From a phage, in the sequence record PZ027503.1: a stretch of 64,000 nucleotides of DNA; one strand, given 5' to 3'. The position numbers and the translations under genes were made by a program. The notes beneath the pieces were generated by a model. The model was not told the origin of the DNA. It worked only from the letters and a program-made list of their open reading frames with translations, and did no database searches. Positions 47,774 to 55,160 of this stretch are shown piece after piece. Position 1 is the first letter of the stretch, and each line of letters begins with the position of its first letter.

Positions 47774-49849
47774 TTATCTTTTACGGACACTATACGGTTG
47801 GTGAAATCCGCTGTTCATTCTACTGTATCCTGTAGGAGCATTTGTTGTTGTAGGGATAGCTACTGCCTTGAAAGTATTCTCTTTTGACAGAGTATTAAAA
47901 CAAGAGGCAGCAGCATCGGGAATGTCATCTTTAATAGTGGCTGTAGATCTTTCACCATTGAAAGATTCCAATTCTTTATAAAAGTGGGTTAAAGTTTCCA
48001 CATTAGGGAAAGAATCTTCAACAATATAAACAAAACCGTTTTGACACGCACTACTAAAAGGCATAAAACGCTGAAGCTTTTTCTTGTTACCTGGCATAGC
48101 ATCTGGTTTAACAACAAAACCTTCCAGAATGAGTTTCTTTGCAGACTCTGTATATTCTATTGTCCCAGCACCAGATGGGTCTTTAGGAAGAACTACTGTA
48201 ACTTCTGGTCCATCGATCTTACATTGATTTAGAATCAGGTTATCCCTTTCCCCAGGTAGTCTTCGAAACCTTCCAAAAATTTTACTTTTCTCATCCACAG
48301 CATCATAATCATAGTCGCCAAAGATGTAGATATTACCATCTTGGTCTTTACCCATTTTGACAGATGTTGTATAGTCTGGATAACGGTAAGTTTCTGTAGG
48401 AACTGAAACAGCTTTATCCCATGCTCGCATTAGTTTAAGATTGTTAGGAACATCTTTATAAGATATTTTATGTAACCATTCACGTTGAAAGAAAGATTCT
48501 TTCTGAATACGTGCAAACCAACAACCGTCCAGAAGCTGTGCTCTTTTAATCGCTGTTTGTGATTTAAGCTGTGCTAAATAATTAGGGTTAAGCCTAATGA
48601 GTTCTGGGTTATCAAATATTGTCCCACCAATAAATACGAAAGTTTGTGGTTCAATAACAACTGTCTCCCCTGTATTAGGGTTTTCCATGAAACAGTTTTC
48701 TGGATATTTTTCTTTCAGTTCTTCAGGTGTGTCAGCAAAAACAGGTTCATCGTTAACAATGATGAAATATTTTTGTTTACCACACATATCTTCTCTAGGA
48801 TAACCACCCTCATCAAGATAAGGTAACACCCAATTCAAAACCCAACTATCTGCGTCAGGGTTACATGTGCACAACATGAAACTTGTTTCTGACTCTGAAC
48901 GCATACGTCCCAGAAGATAGAGCATTTCATATTGTGTGAAGTGGGTTAACTCGTCAAAACCTACCATTGAATACTGTGTACCCTGATGGTTTGTTTCTGC
49001 TGTTACGTTATCATTTTCCAAATGGTCAAATTTGAGGGTTCCACCACCAGTGGCTTCAAAAATGATATCCATTGTACTTTCTTTTACGTGCGGTTGTAAA
49101 GGAAGATACAAACGTTTTGCTTCTGTAAACAGACCACCTGGTTTACGGTGAGCAGTGGTGTTCTTACGGAAAAGTATTCCACCAAACAAAGGGTCTTTGT
49201 AGGCGTATTTTAAAGCTTTCAGCAATAGCAGACGAGACTTGCCGCTATTCCCAGTAACGAAGCAGTGATCGCCACGTCTAAAGACAATATAACTGCTTGG
49301 AGTCTCAAAACAATATTTCTTATCATCTGTTGAAATAACCTCGTGTATTTTTAAGTAAGTGCTCTTTTTACCAGGTATGTTAAAAGGAACACGTTTACCG
49401 AATGGATTTTCTACATAACCTTGAAGGGGTTTTCCTATTTGCTGTAATGCAATAAGATCTCCTACAAGAATCTCGAAATGTTTCTTTGATTTCTTTTTCT
49501 TATAGAATACAAAACGGTGTTCCATACTAAGTTCTTGGAACAATCCTACACCATTTGTTATTCTGTATAGGTTATCTCCATTTAAATCGTATTCTACAAA
49601 ATAAGGTGTTACCAATTCTAAACGCTTATTCTTAGGATTGTATTGGTAAATATCCTCTCCCGAATATTCACTAATCTGCCTCCAACCATCTTTTGTAAGA
49701 TATTCTGTTTCAGCAGAAACACATCCAGCGGCACCACCATAAATCATAACTTCTGGCATTAAATCCATTGCAAGAGTCTGTTTACCTGGTTGAGCCTTTA
49801 CTTCAATATCTACTCCAGCTAAACTACCTGCTGCCTTTTTCTTTGCCAC
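47774..49849 (-). CDS. terL: terminase large subunit, intein-containing precursor
   Basis: 691 aa; Walker A reconstituted only after removal of residues 43-202; 531-aa mature size; ATPase/nuclease-type composition. Confidence 0.8.
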   Translation of the reverse strand: MAKKKAAGSLAGVDIEVKAQPGKQTLAMDLMPEVMIYGGAAGCVSAETEYLTKDGWRQISEYSGEDIYQYNPKNKRLELVTPYFVEYDLNGDNLYRITNGVGLFQELSMEHRFVFYKKKKSKKHFEILVGDLIALQQIGKPLQGYVENPFGKRVPFNIPGKKSTYLKIHEVISTDDKKYCFETPSSYIVFRRGDHCFVTGNSGKSRLLLLKALKYAYKDPLFGGILFRKNTTAHRKPGGLFTEAKRLYLPLQPHVKESTMDIIFEATGGGTLKFDHLENDNVTAETNHQGTQYSMVGFDELTHFTQYEMLYLLGRMRSESETSFMLCTCNPDADSWVLNWVLPYLDEGGYPREDMCGKQKYFIIVNDEPVFADTPEELKEKYPENCFMENPNTGETVVIEPQTFVFIGGTIFDNPELIRLNPNYLAQLKSQTAIKRAQLLDGCWFARIQKESFFQREWLHKISYKDVPNNLKLMRAWDKAVSVPTETYRYPDYTTSVKMGKDQDGNIYIFGDYDYDAVDEKSKIFGRFRRLPGERDNLILNQCKIDGPEVTVVLPKDPSGAGTIEYTESAKKLILEGFVVKPDAMPGNKKKLQRFMPFSSACQNGFVYIVEDSFPNVETLTHFYKELESFNGERSTATIKDDIPDAAASCFNTLSKENTFKAVAIPTTTNAPTGYSRMNSGFHQPYSVRKR
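49244..49723 (-). mobile_element. mini-intein (160 aa) inserted in the terminase P-loop
   Basis: Starts CVSAETEYLT (Cys1), ends FVTGN with +1 Ser; excision joins MIYGGAAG to SGKSRLLLL giving GAAGSGKS; SMEH block-B-like motif. Confidence 0.65.
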
Positions 49850-49858
49850 ATTCCCTCC

Positions 49859-50203
49859 TTATTCAGCAATAATACCTTTTTCTTGCAGTGTTTTAATATA
49901 TGTTTGTAAACCTAAAACCTTTCGTCTATCTTGCTCCCAAAGAGCATTGTTTTGAGTTTGGTTGTTAACAACTTCAGATCTACTAACCCCTTTTGCAATT
50001 TGATTTTTAGTGTATGGCACAGGTGTCGATACTTTATCCATCAAGTCCGAATCTGGACCTTTAACCTTTTCTATGGCTACAGCCTTACACTCATCAATAA
50101 GAACTGGGGAAACTTTTGTTGATGATGAACAACCCGTCATCATTAGGGGCAAAGCAAGACATACTGCCAGAATTAGTTTTTGCATAATTCGTTGTATCCT
50201 CAT
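49859..50203 (-). CDS. o-spanin-like outer-membrane lipoprotein
   Basis: Signal peptide ending in lipobox-like LMMTGC; gene overlaps the C-terminal end of the upstream i-spanin-like gene in another frame. Confidence 0.55.
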   Translation of the reverse strand: MRIQRIMQKLILAVCLALPLMMTGCSSSTKVSPVLIDECKAVAIEKVKGPDSDLMDKVSTPVPYTKNQIAKGVSRSEVVNNQTQNNALWEQDRRKVLGLQTYIKTLQEKGIIAE

Positions 50204-50486
50204 TGATCGTTTGTTTCTTCTTCTCTAAATCTGCTTTTAATTGTGCATTGTTTTTAGACAAGTTGTTTATTTGAGTATTTAATAATGCTCTTTCTTCATC
50301 TGCTCTTTTTTGAAGAACATCAAAATCTTGTTTTGCTTTTGCTTGGGCTGCTTGATATACTTGCGTTTGATAGGCAACACCATCTTTGTAGCCAGACTCA
50401 CGTATCTTGTTATAAGCAAACATTCCGGCAAGAATAAGAACAACAATTAAAACAAAACTTAATACAGTTTTAGTCTTTAGATTCAT
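50094..50486 (-). CDS. i-spanin-like protein (N-terminal TM helix plus coiled coil)
   Basis: TM segment VLSFVLIVVLILAGMFAY then periplasmic coiled coil; SD GAGGAAG. Confidence 0.55.
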   Translation of the reverse strand: MNLKTKTVLSFVLIVVLILAGMFAYNKIRESGYKDGVAYQTQVYQAAQAKAKQDFDVLQKRADEERALLNTQINNLSKNNAQLKADLEKKKQTINEDTTNYAKTNSGSMSCFAPNDDGLFIINKSFPSSY

Positions 50487-50607
50487 TATCTTCTACTTCC
50501 TCATAAAATTTTATTTTAGGAAGAGAAGGGGCGTTGTTAACTATCTTCTTCACTTCCATTGGTTGAGCCTCCGCTAGGATCTCTTCCCAAGTCTTCTCTG
50601 TCATCAT
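50470..50607 (-). CDS. hypothetical small protein (45 aa)
   Basis: ATGATG start with GGAGG SD on the minus strand; track ORF extends to 50685 without SD. Confidence 0.3.
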   Translation of the reverse strand: MMTEKTWEEILAEAQPMEVKKIVNNAPSLPKIKFYEEVEDNESKD

Positions 50608-50762
50608 AAAGTTCTTCCTCCAAGTTCCAAACCCGTGTGTAATCATTCTTTTTATCTTTATGATAAGAAGAACGGTTAAAATCATTTTTAACTACAAAAT
50701 TGCGCATATTTTATCCTCCTCATATCTGATCTTATCACAAAATGATATACAATTGCAAGCAT

Positions 50763-50798
50763 TAAAAATAAAAAAGCCCCTAACCTTTCGGAGAGGGG
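50763..50798 (-). terminator. rho-independent terminator
   Basis: CCCCT...AGGGG stem followed on the minus strand by CTTTTTTATTTTTAAT. Confidence 0.45.
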
Positions 50799-50847
50799 TG
50801 TTAAAAATAACAAGGAGGAGGGGCAAAGCCCCAAGAGAGGAGAGGGA

Positions 50848-51144
50848 TTAGATTACGATCTTTTTAGGAACGTCATCTGTATTCTGCACGGCAGGGGTTT
50901 CTTCTTCCATAGCTTCATAATGTTCTTCTAACCATTCTTCTACTTGCTCTTTAATAGCTTTAGCTGCTTGGAAGCGGAGAGGTTTTGCTGCATCCTTATC
51001 ATTAACAAGTTCAACAATATACCGCATAGCTTCTAAATAATGCTCTGCAAATAATTCTTTTACACTTGCTTGCGCCGCATCCATTGCGTAAATCTGTTGC
51101 ATTTCGGCTGTTGGTCTTCCACGACCACGTTTTAGTTTAGGCAT
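50848..51144 (-). CDS. hypothetical DNA-binding protein with AT-hook-like motif (98 aa)
   Basis: N-terminal KRGRGRP motif; acidic C-terminus. Confidence 0.45.
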   Translation of the reverse strand: MPKLKRGRGRPTAEMQQIYAMDAAQASVKELFAEHYLEAMRYIVELVNDKDAAKPLRFQAAKAIKEQVEEWLEEHYEAMEEETPAVQNTDDVPKKIVI

Positions 51145-51209
51145 AATAAAATCCTCCTAAACTTTATCTTAACATATAAAAAATAATAAGTCAAGTTTTA
51201 TTCAATATA

Positions 51210-51236
51210 TAGCAAAAAGCCTCCAATAAGGAGGCT
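51210..51236 (-). terminator. rho-independent terminator closing the tRNA array
   Basis: AGCCTCC-AATAA-GGAGGCT hairpin followed on the minus strand by TTTTTGCTATAT. Confidence 0.5.
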
Positions 51237-51351
51237 AATAAATACTGTTAATTTGAAATGCTTTATTATAATTGTGCGTTAAGGAGTCGCACCCCTCCAT
51301 CTTAGAAGGAACCAGGCAAGGTCTTCAAAGATACCGCTGGCAAGCGATATT

Positions 51352-51430
51352 TGGAGGCGGGAATTGGATTTGAACCAATGATCTCCAGCATATGAAACTG
51401 GCGAGGACGACCAGACTCCTCTATCCCGCT
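51352..51430 (-). tRNA. tRNA-Met or Ile2 (anticodon CAT)
   Basis: Manual fold: anticodon stem CCAGT/GCTGG, loop TTCATAT, T-arm ATTGG-TTCAAAT-CCAAT, encoded CCA; A1:C72 mismatch. Confidence 0.5.
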
Positions 51431-51436
51431 ATTAGG

Positions 51437-51506
51437 TATCCCGTGCTGGATTCGAACCAGCATCACAATAAGTTGTGGAACTCTTATCCTGTAAGTCTAA
51501 CGGGAA
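51437..51506 (-). other. degenerate tRNA-like element
   Basis: T-arm GCTGG-TTCGAAT-CCAGC and acceptor-like pairing but no canonical anticodon arm and no CCA. Confidence 0.3.
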
Positions 51507-51508
51507 AT

Positions 51509-51582
51509 TGGTTGTTTCGACAAGAATCGAACTTGTGTCTCACGATTATCAGTCGTGGGTTCTACCATTGAACTACGAAACA
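51509..51582 (-). tRNA. tRNA-Ile (anticodon GAT)
   Basis: Manual fold: perfect acceptor TGTTTCG/CGAAACA, D-stem GTTC/GAAC, anticodon stem CACGA/TCGTG loop CTGATAA, T-loop TTCGATT, CCA. Confidence 0.65.
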
Positions 51583-51588
51583 TTAAAT

Positions 51589-51665
51589 TGGTCGGAATTG
51601 CAGGATTCGAACCTGCGACCCTACGCTCCCAAAGCGTATGCTCTACCAAACTGAGCTAAATTCCG
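51589..51665 (-). tRNA. tRNA-Pro (anticodon TGG)
   Basis: Manual fold: acceptor CGGAATT/AATTCCG, D-stem GCTC/GAGC, anticodon stem TACGC/GCGTA loop TTTGGGA, T-arm GCAGG-TTCGAAT-CCTGC, CCA. Confidence 0.65.
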
Positions 51666-51670
51666 TTATA

Positions 51671-51746
51671 TGGCTGGTCTGTCTGGATTTGAACCAAACC
51701 TACGACAGTCAAAGTGTCGTGTGCTACCTGACTACACTACAAACCA
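51671..51746 (-). tRNA. tRNA-Gln (anticodon TTG)
   Basis: Manual fold: anticodon stem CGACA/TGTCG loop CTTTGAC, T-loop TTCAAAT, CCA; D-stem pairing imperfect. Confidence 0.55.
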
Positions 51747-51844
51747 ATAAATCATTTAATGAAGGGCAACCAGAAGAGGTGTGAGAGAAGGAGAAAACCA
51801 TGAGTAAAAGAGAAAGTTTTCTGGCAACCCTTTATTAAATAATT

Positions 51845-51918
51845 TGGAGCGTTCTACGAGGATCGAACTCGTGCCGCCGACTTGGAAGGACGGAATGCTA
51901 CCGCTACACCAAGAACGC
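51845..51918 (-). tRNA. tRNA-Gly (anticodon TCC)
   Basis: Manual fold: acceptor GCGTTCT/AGAACGC, anticodon loop CTTCCAA, T-arm ACGAG-TTCGATC-CTCGT, CCA; one anticodon-stem mismatch. Confidence 0.55.
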
Positions 51919-51929
51919 CCTACATCTTT

Positions 51930-51959
51930 ACTATACTACATTTTACTATTGGTTGTCAA
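51930..51959 (-). promoter_or_regulatory. sigma70-like promoter for downstream tRNAs (minus strand)
   Basis: TTGACA - 18 nt - TATAGT read on the minus strand; ends about 12 nt upstream of tRNA-Gly 5' end. Confidence 0.55.
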
Positions 51960-52232
51960 TAGTTTTATTGAGTGGGACAGTGACGAGTATCCCATTGGGT
52001 GACTAGCCCTACGTTCGGTAAGCTAACTTAAAATAATACAAAACCAAAGTCAAATATTATTCTTCGTTGCTGTCGATGGGAGAGCCGCTTCTTCTTTTGC
52101 CCCATCCAACCCTACTCCGGTCAAGTTTCAGGTGACTCTTTGTGTGATCAACACAATACTAAGAACACTGTCTTTCGAACAGACCTTGTGCACAGGATAC
52201 GACGATCAATCACAGTGCCCTTAATGTTATGT

Positions 52233-52307
52233 TGGTGCTCCCACTCTGAATCGAACAGAGATCCACGGATTACAAAACCGTTGTAATAGCCATTATACTA
52301 TAGGAGC
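52233..52307 (-). tRNA. tRNA-Thr (anticodon TGT)
   Basis: Manual fold: acceptor GCTCCTA/TGGGAGC, anticodon loop TTTGTAA, T-arm CTCTG-TTCGATT-CAGAG, CCA; U31:U39 mismatch. Confidence 0.5.
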
Positions 52308-52313
52308 AAAACT

Positions 52314-52390
52314 GGGACTCGGCAGGATTCGATACCTGCAATTCCAGAAGCCTCTTGGCGACTGGGGGTTTACCTTAACTCTACAAGTCC
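52314..52390 (-). other. degenerate tRNA-like element
   Basis: Acceptor-like pairing GGACTTG/CGAGTCC and T-arm with 8-nt loop TATCGAAT but no canonical anticodon arm, no CCA. Confidence 0.3.
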
Positions 52391-52397
52391 ATAATTC

Positions 52398-52483
52398 TGG
52401 CGATGAGTATAGGATTTGAACCTATATCGTTCTTTCGAACACGGATTAACAGTCCGCCGCTTAAACCATTCAGCCAACTCATC
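52398..52483 (-). tRNA. unusual tRNA: Asn-type anticodon arm (GTT) in a class-II body with 15-nt variable region, G73
   Basis: Manual fold: perfect acceptor GATGAGT/ACTCATC, anticodon stem GCGGA/TCCGT loop CTGTTAA, variable hairpin GTTC-GAAA-GAAC, T-arm ATAGG-TTCAAAT-CCTAT, CCA. Confidence 0.45.
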
Positions 52484-52489
52484 TTAATT

Positions 52490-52577
52490 TGGTGGTGAGT
52501 GATGGAGTCGAACCACCCGAATCGCAATGATAACAGATTTACAGTCTGCCCCGCTACCCCTACGGAATTAACTCACC
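52490..52577 (-). tRNA. tRNA-Tyr (anticodon GTA)
   Basis: Manual fold: acceptor GGTGAGT/ACTCACC, anticodon stem GCAGA/TCTGT loop CTGTAAA, long variable arm, A73, CCA. Confidence 0.6.
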
Positions 52578-52707
52578 TAAATACTAATATTTAAATTCTT
52601 TTTAAAATAGCCAGTGTTCACACCACTAACTATGAGTTATCGGTAAAGTGGTTACCGCCACTTGCCGAAGATTTACTCTGCTAAAGTAAGCTATATTAAA
52701 AAGAACT

Positions 52708-52793
52708 TGGCGGTAGATGTAGGACTCGAACCTACACGCCGTTTCCGACTACAGTTTAGCAAACTGTCGTGGCTACCATTTCACCAATCTACC
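52708..52793 (-). tRNA. tRNA-Ser (anticodon GCT)
   Basis: Manual fold: acceptor GGTAGAT/ATCTACC, D-stem GTG/CAC, anticodon stem ACAGT/ACTGT loop TTGCTAA, long variable arm, T-arm GTAGG-TTCGAGT-CCTAC, G73, CCA. Confidence 0.65.
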
Positions 52794-52798
52794 TAATC

Positions 52799-52889
52799 TG
52801 GCGGAAGGAGGGAGAGTCGAACTCCCAAGGCTCTTTCAAGCTCGGCGGTTTTCAAGACCGTTTTCGTCGCCACGTCGATTTGCCCTTCC
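52799..52889 (-). tRNA. tRNA-Ser (anticodon TGA)
   Basis: Manual fold: acceptor GGAAGGG/TCCTTCC, anticodon loop CTTGAAA, long variable arm, T-arm GGGAG-TTCGACT-CTCCC, G73, CCA; D-arm irregular. Confidence 0.5.
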
Positions 52890-52897
52890 ATACTTAT

Positions 52898-52927
52898 AAT
52901 CTAACATAAAATAATGTTAGTTGTCAA
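52898..52927 (-). promoter_or_regulatory. sigma70-like promoter inside tRNA array (minus strand)
   Basis: TTGACA - 18/19 nt - TTAGAT/TAGATT; about 10 nt upstream of tRNA-Ser(TGA) 5' end. Confidence 0.45.
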
Positions 52928-53123
52928 TAGTTTTTTAAAACATTTTACCATGAATGGTGACTCCACCAACCCCCGTTCTCAACGAACGGTGCTCTTCGAG
53001 CATTTATGTCTTCTAATATAACCGTGGCCTTTGTTTATAATGTCTGACATACTTGCCTCATTCTCTGCCACCATGATCAGTAGTGGGTTCAAATCACTTG
53101 AGCTAATTCATGTTAAAATGTTC

Positions 53124-53198
53124 TGGTGTCTTTACAAGGAATCGAACCTTGACTAAGAGTTTAGAAGACTCCTGTGCTATCCATTACACCATAAAGAC
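53124..53198 (-). tRNA. tRNA-Arg (anticodon TCT)
   Basis: Manual fold: acceptor GTCTTTA/TAAAGAC, D-stem GTGT/GCAC, anticodon stem GGAGT/ACTCT loop CTTCTAA, T-arm CAAGG-TTCGATT-CCTTG, CCA. Confidence 0.65.
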
Positions 53199-53200
53199 GT

Positions 53201-53275
53201 TGGTGGCCCTGGCTGGTTTCGATCCAGCTACCTATCGGTTATGAGCCGACAGCTCTCCCATTGAGCTACAGGGCC
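53201..53275 (-). tRNA. tRNA-Met (anticodon CAT)
   Basis: Manual fold: acceptor GGCCCTG/CAGGGCC, D-stem GCTC/GAGC, anticodon stem GTCGG/CCGAT loop CTCATAA, atypical T-loop ATCGAAA, CCA. Confidence 0.55.
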
Positions 53276-53484
53276 ATAAATGTGGTAACAGAGACGCTGA
53301 CGATTGTAGAGAACCGCTACATTCTCTAAGACCAAGCCCAACTTTCAGCGTAAAAGTTCTTGAGCCGAGACTATTCCTTTTCCTCTTTGGTAGCTAACCT
53401 CTGAAGAAGTAGTCTCTAACACTACCGCAGTGCAAGCCCCTCTTAACAAAAGTCAACGACCCTGTTACCACACTTGATGAACGT

Positions 53485-53514
53485 ATCCTAACATATGAAG
53501 GATACGTTTGTCAA
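53485..53514 (-). promoter_or_regulatory. sigma70-like promoter at the head of the tRNA array (minus strand)
   Basis: TTGACA - 18 nt - TAGGAT read on the minus strand; followed by about 200-nt leader before tRNA-Met. Confidence 0.5.
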
Positions 53515-53521
53515 TAGTTAT

Positions 53522-53771
53522 TTAAGCATATTCTGCTACCTCTTCACTATCTTTCTTTTCCAGAAGAGCAACAACCAAAGCTTCTGCGTTAAAAGTATTA
53601 ATTTCAAGATCCATCTCTCGCATCAGAGCCAAGAAATCAATAACTTTAACATCTTTAGTGATTACAATAGAAGTTGTACCATTGTTTTCAGATGTGTATT
53701 TTTCTGGATGGAAAAGAAAAACTGCATTGCCGTTACCATCTTCAAACACGTGTTTTTCTAATAGAGACATT
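53522..53771 (-). CDS. hypothetical protein (83 aa)
   Basis: ATG with AGGAGG SD on the minus strand; track ORF extends further upstream without SD. Confidence 0.4.
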
Positions 53772-53778
53772 GTTCCTC

Positions 53779-53994
53779 CTAATCTGTTAGTTGTTCGTCC
53801 TCTACCAAGTTTGACACGAGAACGTCTGTTATACATTGATGCTGATAAACCCTTTCGGGACTATCATCAAAAGCCAAACCTGTGCAAATAGAACAGAGGT
53901 CTGATTCCTTGATGACTCCATTTTTATCACGTCTGGAGTGGTTTGTCAAATGCCTATTACAAGCACGGCACCTAAAATAAAAGCTGTTTTGCAT
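53779..53994 (-). CDS. hypothetical zinc-finger protein (72 aa)
   Basis: CRAC...CSIC; ATG with GAAGGA SD; track ORF extends to 54030. Confidence 0.4.
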   Translation of the reverse strand: MQNSFYFRCRACNRHLTNHSRRDKNGVIKESDLCSICTGLAFDDSPERVYQHQCITDVLVSNLVEDEQLTD

Positions 53995-54067
53995 ATATCC
54001 TTCGAACCCCAAATGGGGAGTGATCGGCATCTCCTCACTTCTAGTTTAGCACGAAGGATATCTTAAG

Positions 54068-54253
54068 TCAACTAGGAATAATTTTATCCTTTTTGGTTTC
54101 ATAACCAGTCCAATCTAAATCCTCCCAGCCTTCATCATCGTCTAACACATTGTCGTCATCATAAGATGCAATGTTATAAATAGAACGTGGATTACAAGAC
54201 ATACAATCTTTAATAGGCACATGATGCCATTTGCACGGATTCTCACTAATCAT
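54068..54253 (-). CDS. hypothetical Cys-rich protein with acidic C-terminus (61 aa)
   Basis: ATG with GGAGG SD on the minus strand; CKWHH..CMSC then DDDNVLDDDEGWEDLD. Confidence 0.4.
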   Translation of the reverse strand: MISENPCKWHHVPIKDCMSCNPRSIYNIASYDDDNVLDDDEGWEDLDWTGYETKKDKIIPS

Positions 54254-54736
54254 TGCACACCTCCATTCTTGTTAAGATGTTCCGTACTGTACTTCATACT
54301 GATCTATAGATCAAGTATTATTTATAATAATTTATTATTTTATTTTTAATTGATAGAAGTTGATCTGTACGTACCAGTTCTGATACACTGTACCTGTTGG
54401 TTAGATCTAATAATTATTTATTATTAATATTTAATAATTATTAATCTAGTACGGAATACAGTACTTGAGTACAGAGTACTACATCAACAACCTTAAAACC
54501 TTAACTCGCTGCGCTCGTTAATAGATTTCTAGGGTAGCATACTTCGAACACAAAAGTCAAGAGTTTTATTAAAAAATTATTTTCTGTGTGCAAAAACCTT
54601 GCTTAAACAGGTAGCAATAGTATAGCCTATAACACAAGCTTCATAAGAGGCTCGTAGAGCAAGTTTACTTACTAGGTAAGGTGATTTATCATCTTATATA
54701 TAAAAAGTGCGTCAGAGACGCGTTTAGGAGGCCAGA
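54254..54736. promoter_or_regulatory. AT-rich divergent intergenic control region with palindromes and GTAC/GATC repeats
   Basis: 483 bp without ORF between divergent operons; palindromes GATCTATAGATC, TTAGATCTAA, GTACGTAC; inverted TTCCGTACT / AGTACGGAA; long AT tracts. Confidence 0.4.
54286..54314 (-). promoter_or_regulatory. candidate promoter for minus-strand gene ending at 54253
   Basis: TTGATC - 17 nt - TACAGT read on the minus strand; weak match. Confidence 0.3.
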
Positions 54737-55060
54737 ATGAGATTTACAAGACAAGAGGTAGTTGTGCTGGACGAAGCAATGACAATGATCGTCTTTTACT
54801 ATGAAGATATCTTCTGTGCAGCATATCATTTAAATGACATTCAGATTGAATGGCAGCAGATAGCATTCCTGTTGGACAAGAGTAATCATTTGGATGGCTT
54901 TGAGTATTTGGAGTGGGATGGTGCAAAGGAAGTTAAAATTGTAGGGTTAAATCACGATCAGATTGTTGACATGCAATGTAAGTTGTGTCATTATCAGTTC
55001 TCAAACAAAGTCAAACTCGAAAGGCAATTGGAGGTGGTTAAAGATGATAGCACTAATTAG
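54737..55060 (+). CDS. hypothetical early protein (107 aa)
   Basis: ATG with AGGAGG SD. Confidence 0.45.
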   Translation: MRFTRQEVVVLDEAMTMIVFYYEDIFCAAYHLNDIQIEWQQIAFLLDKSNHLDGFEYLEWDGAKEVKIVGLNHDQIVDMQCKLCHYQFSNKVKLERQLEVVKDDSTN

Positions 55061-55160
55061 TGAGAATCCAGTCCTGACAACAATTGTTCTGATTTTTGCC
55101 ATGTGTGTGGTTCACGATGTTCTGGTAAGTTATTTTGACAACAAAGGAGGTAAGAAATGA
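55044..55160 (+). CDS. hypothetical small membrane protein (38 aa)
   Basis: ATG with GGAGGTGG SD; single TM helix VLTTIVLIFAMCVV; track ORF from 54963 overlaps the previous gene. Confidence 0.3.
   Translation: MIALISENPVLTTIVLIFAMCVVHDVLVSYFDNKGGKK

Noticed and set aside
52160-52185. TTTCGAAC motif in the long gap of the tRNA array as a possible extra tRNA
   Set aside because: Flanking sequences are not complementary in any register giving a 5-bp T-stem, and no acceptor pairing was found.
53082-53100. GGGTTCAAATC motif resembling a plus-strand tRNA T-loop
   Set aside because: No complementary acceptor stem or anticodon arm could be built on either strand around it.
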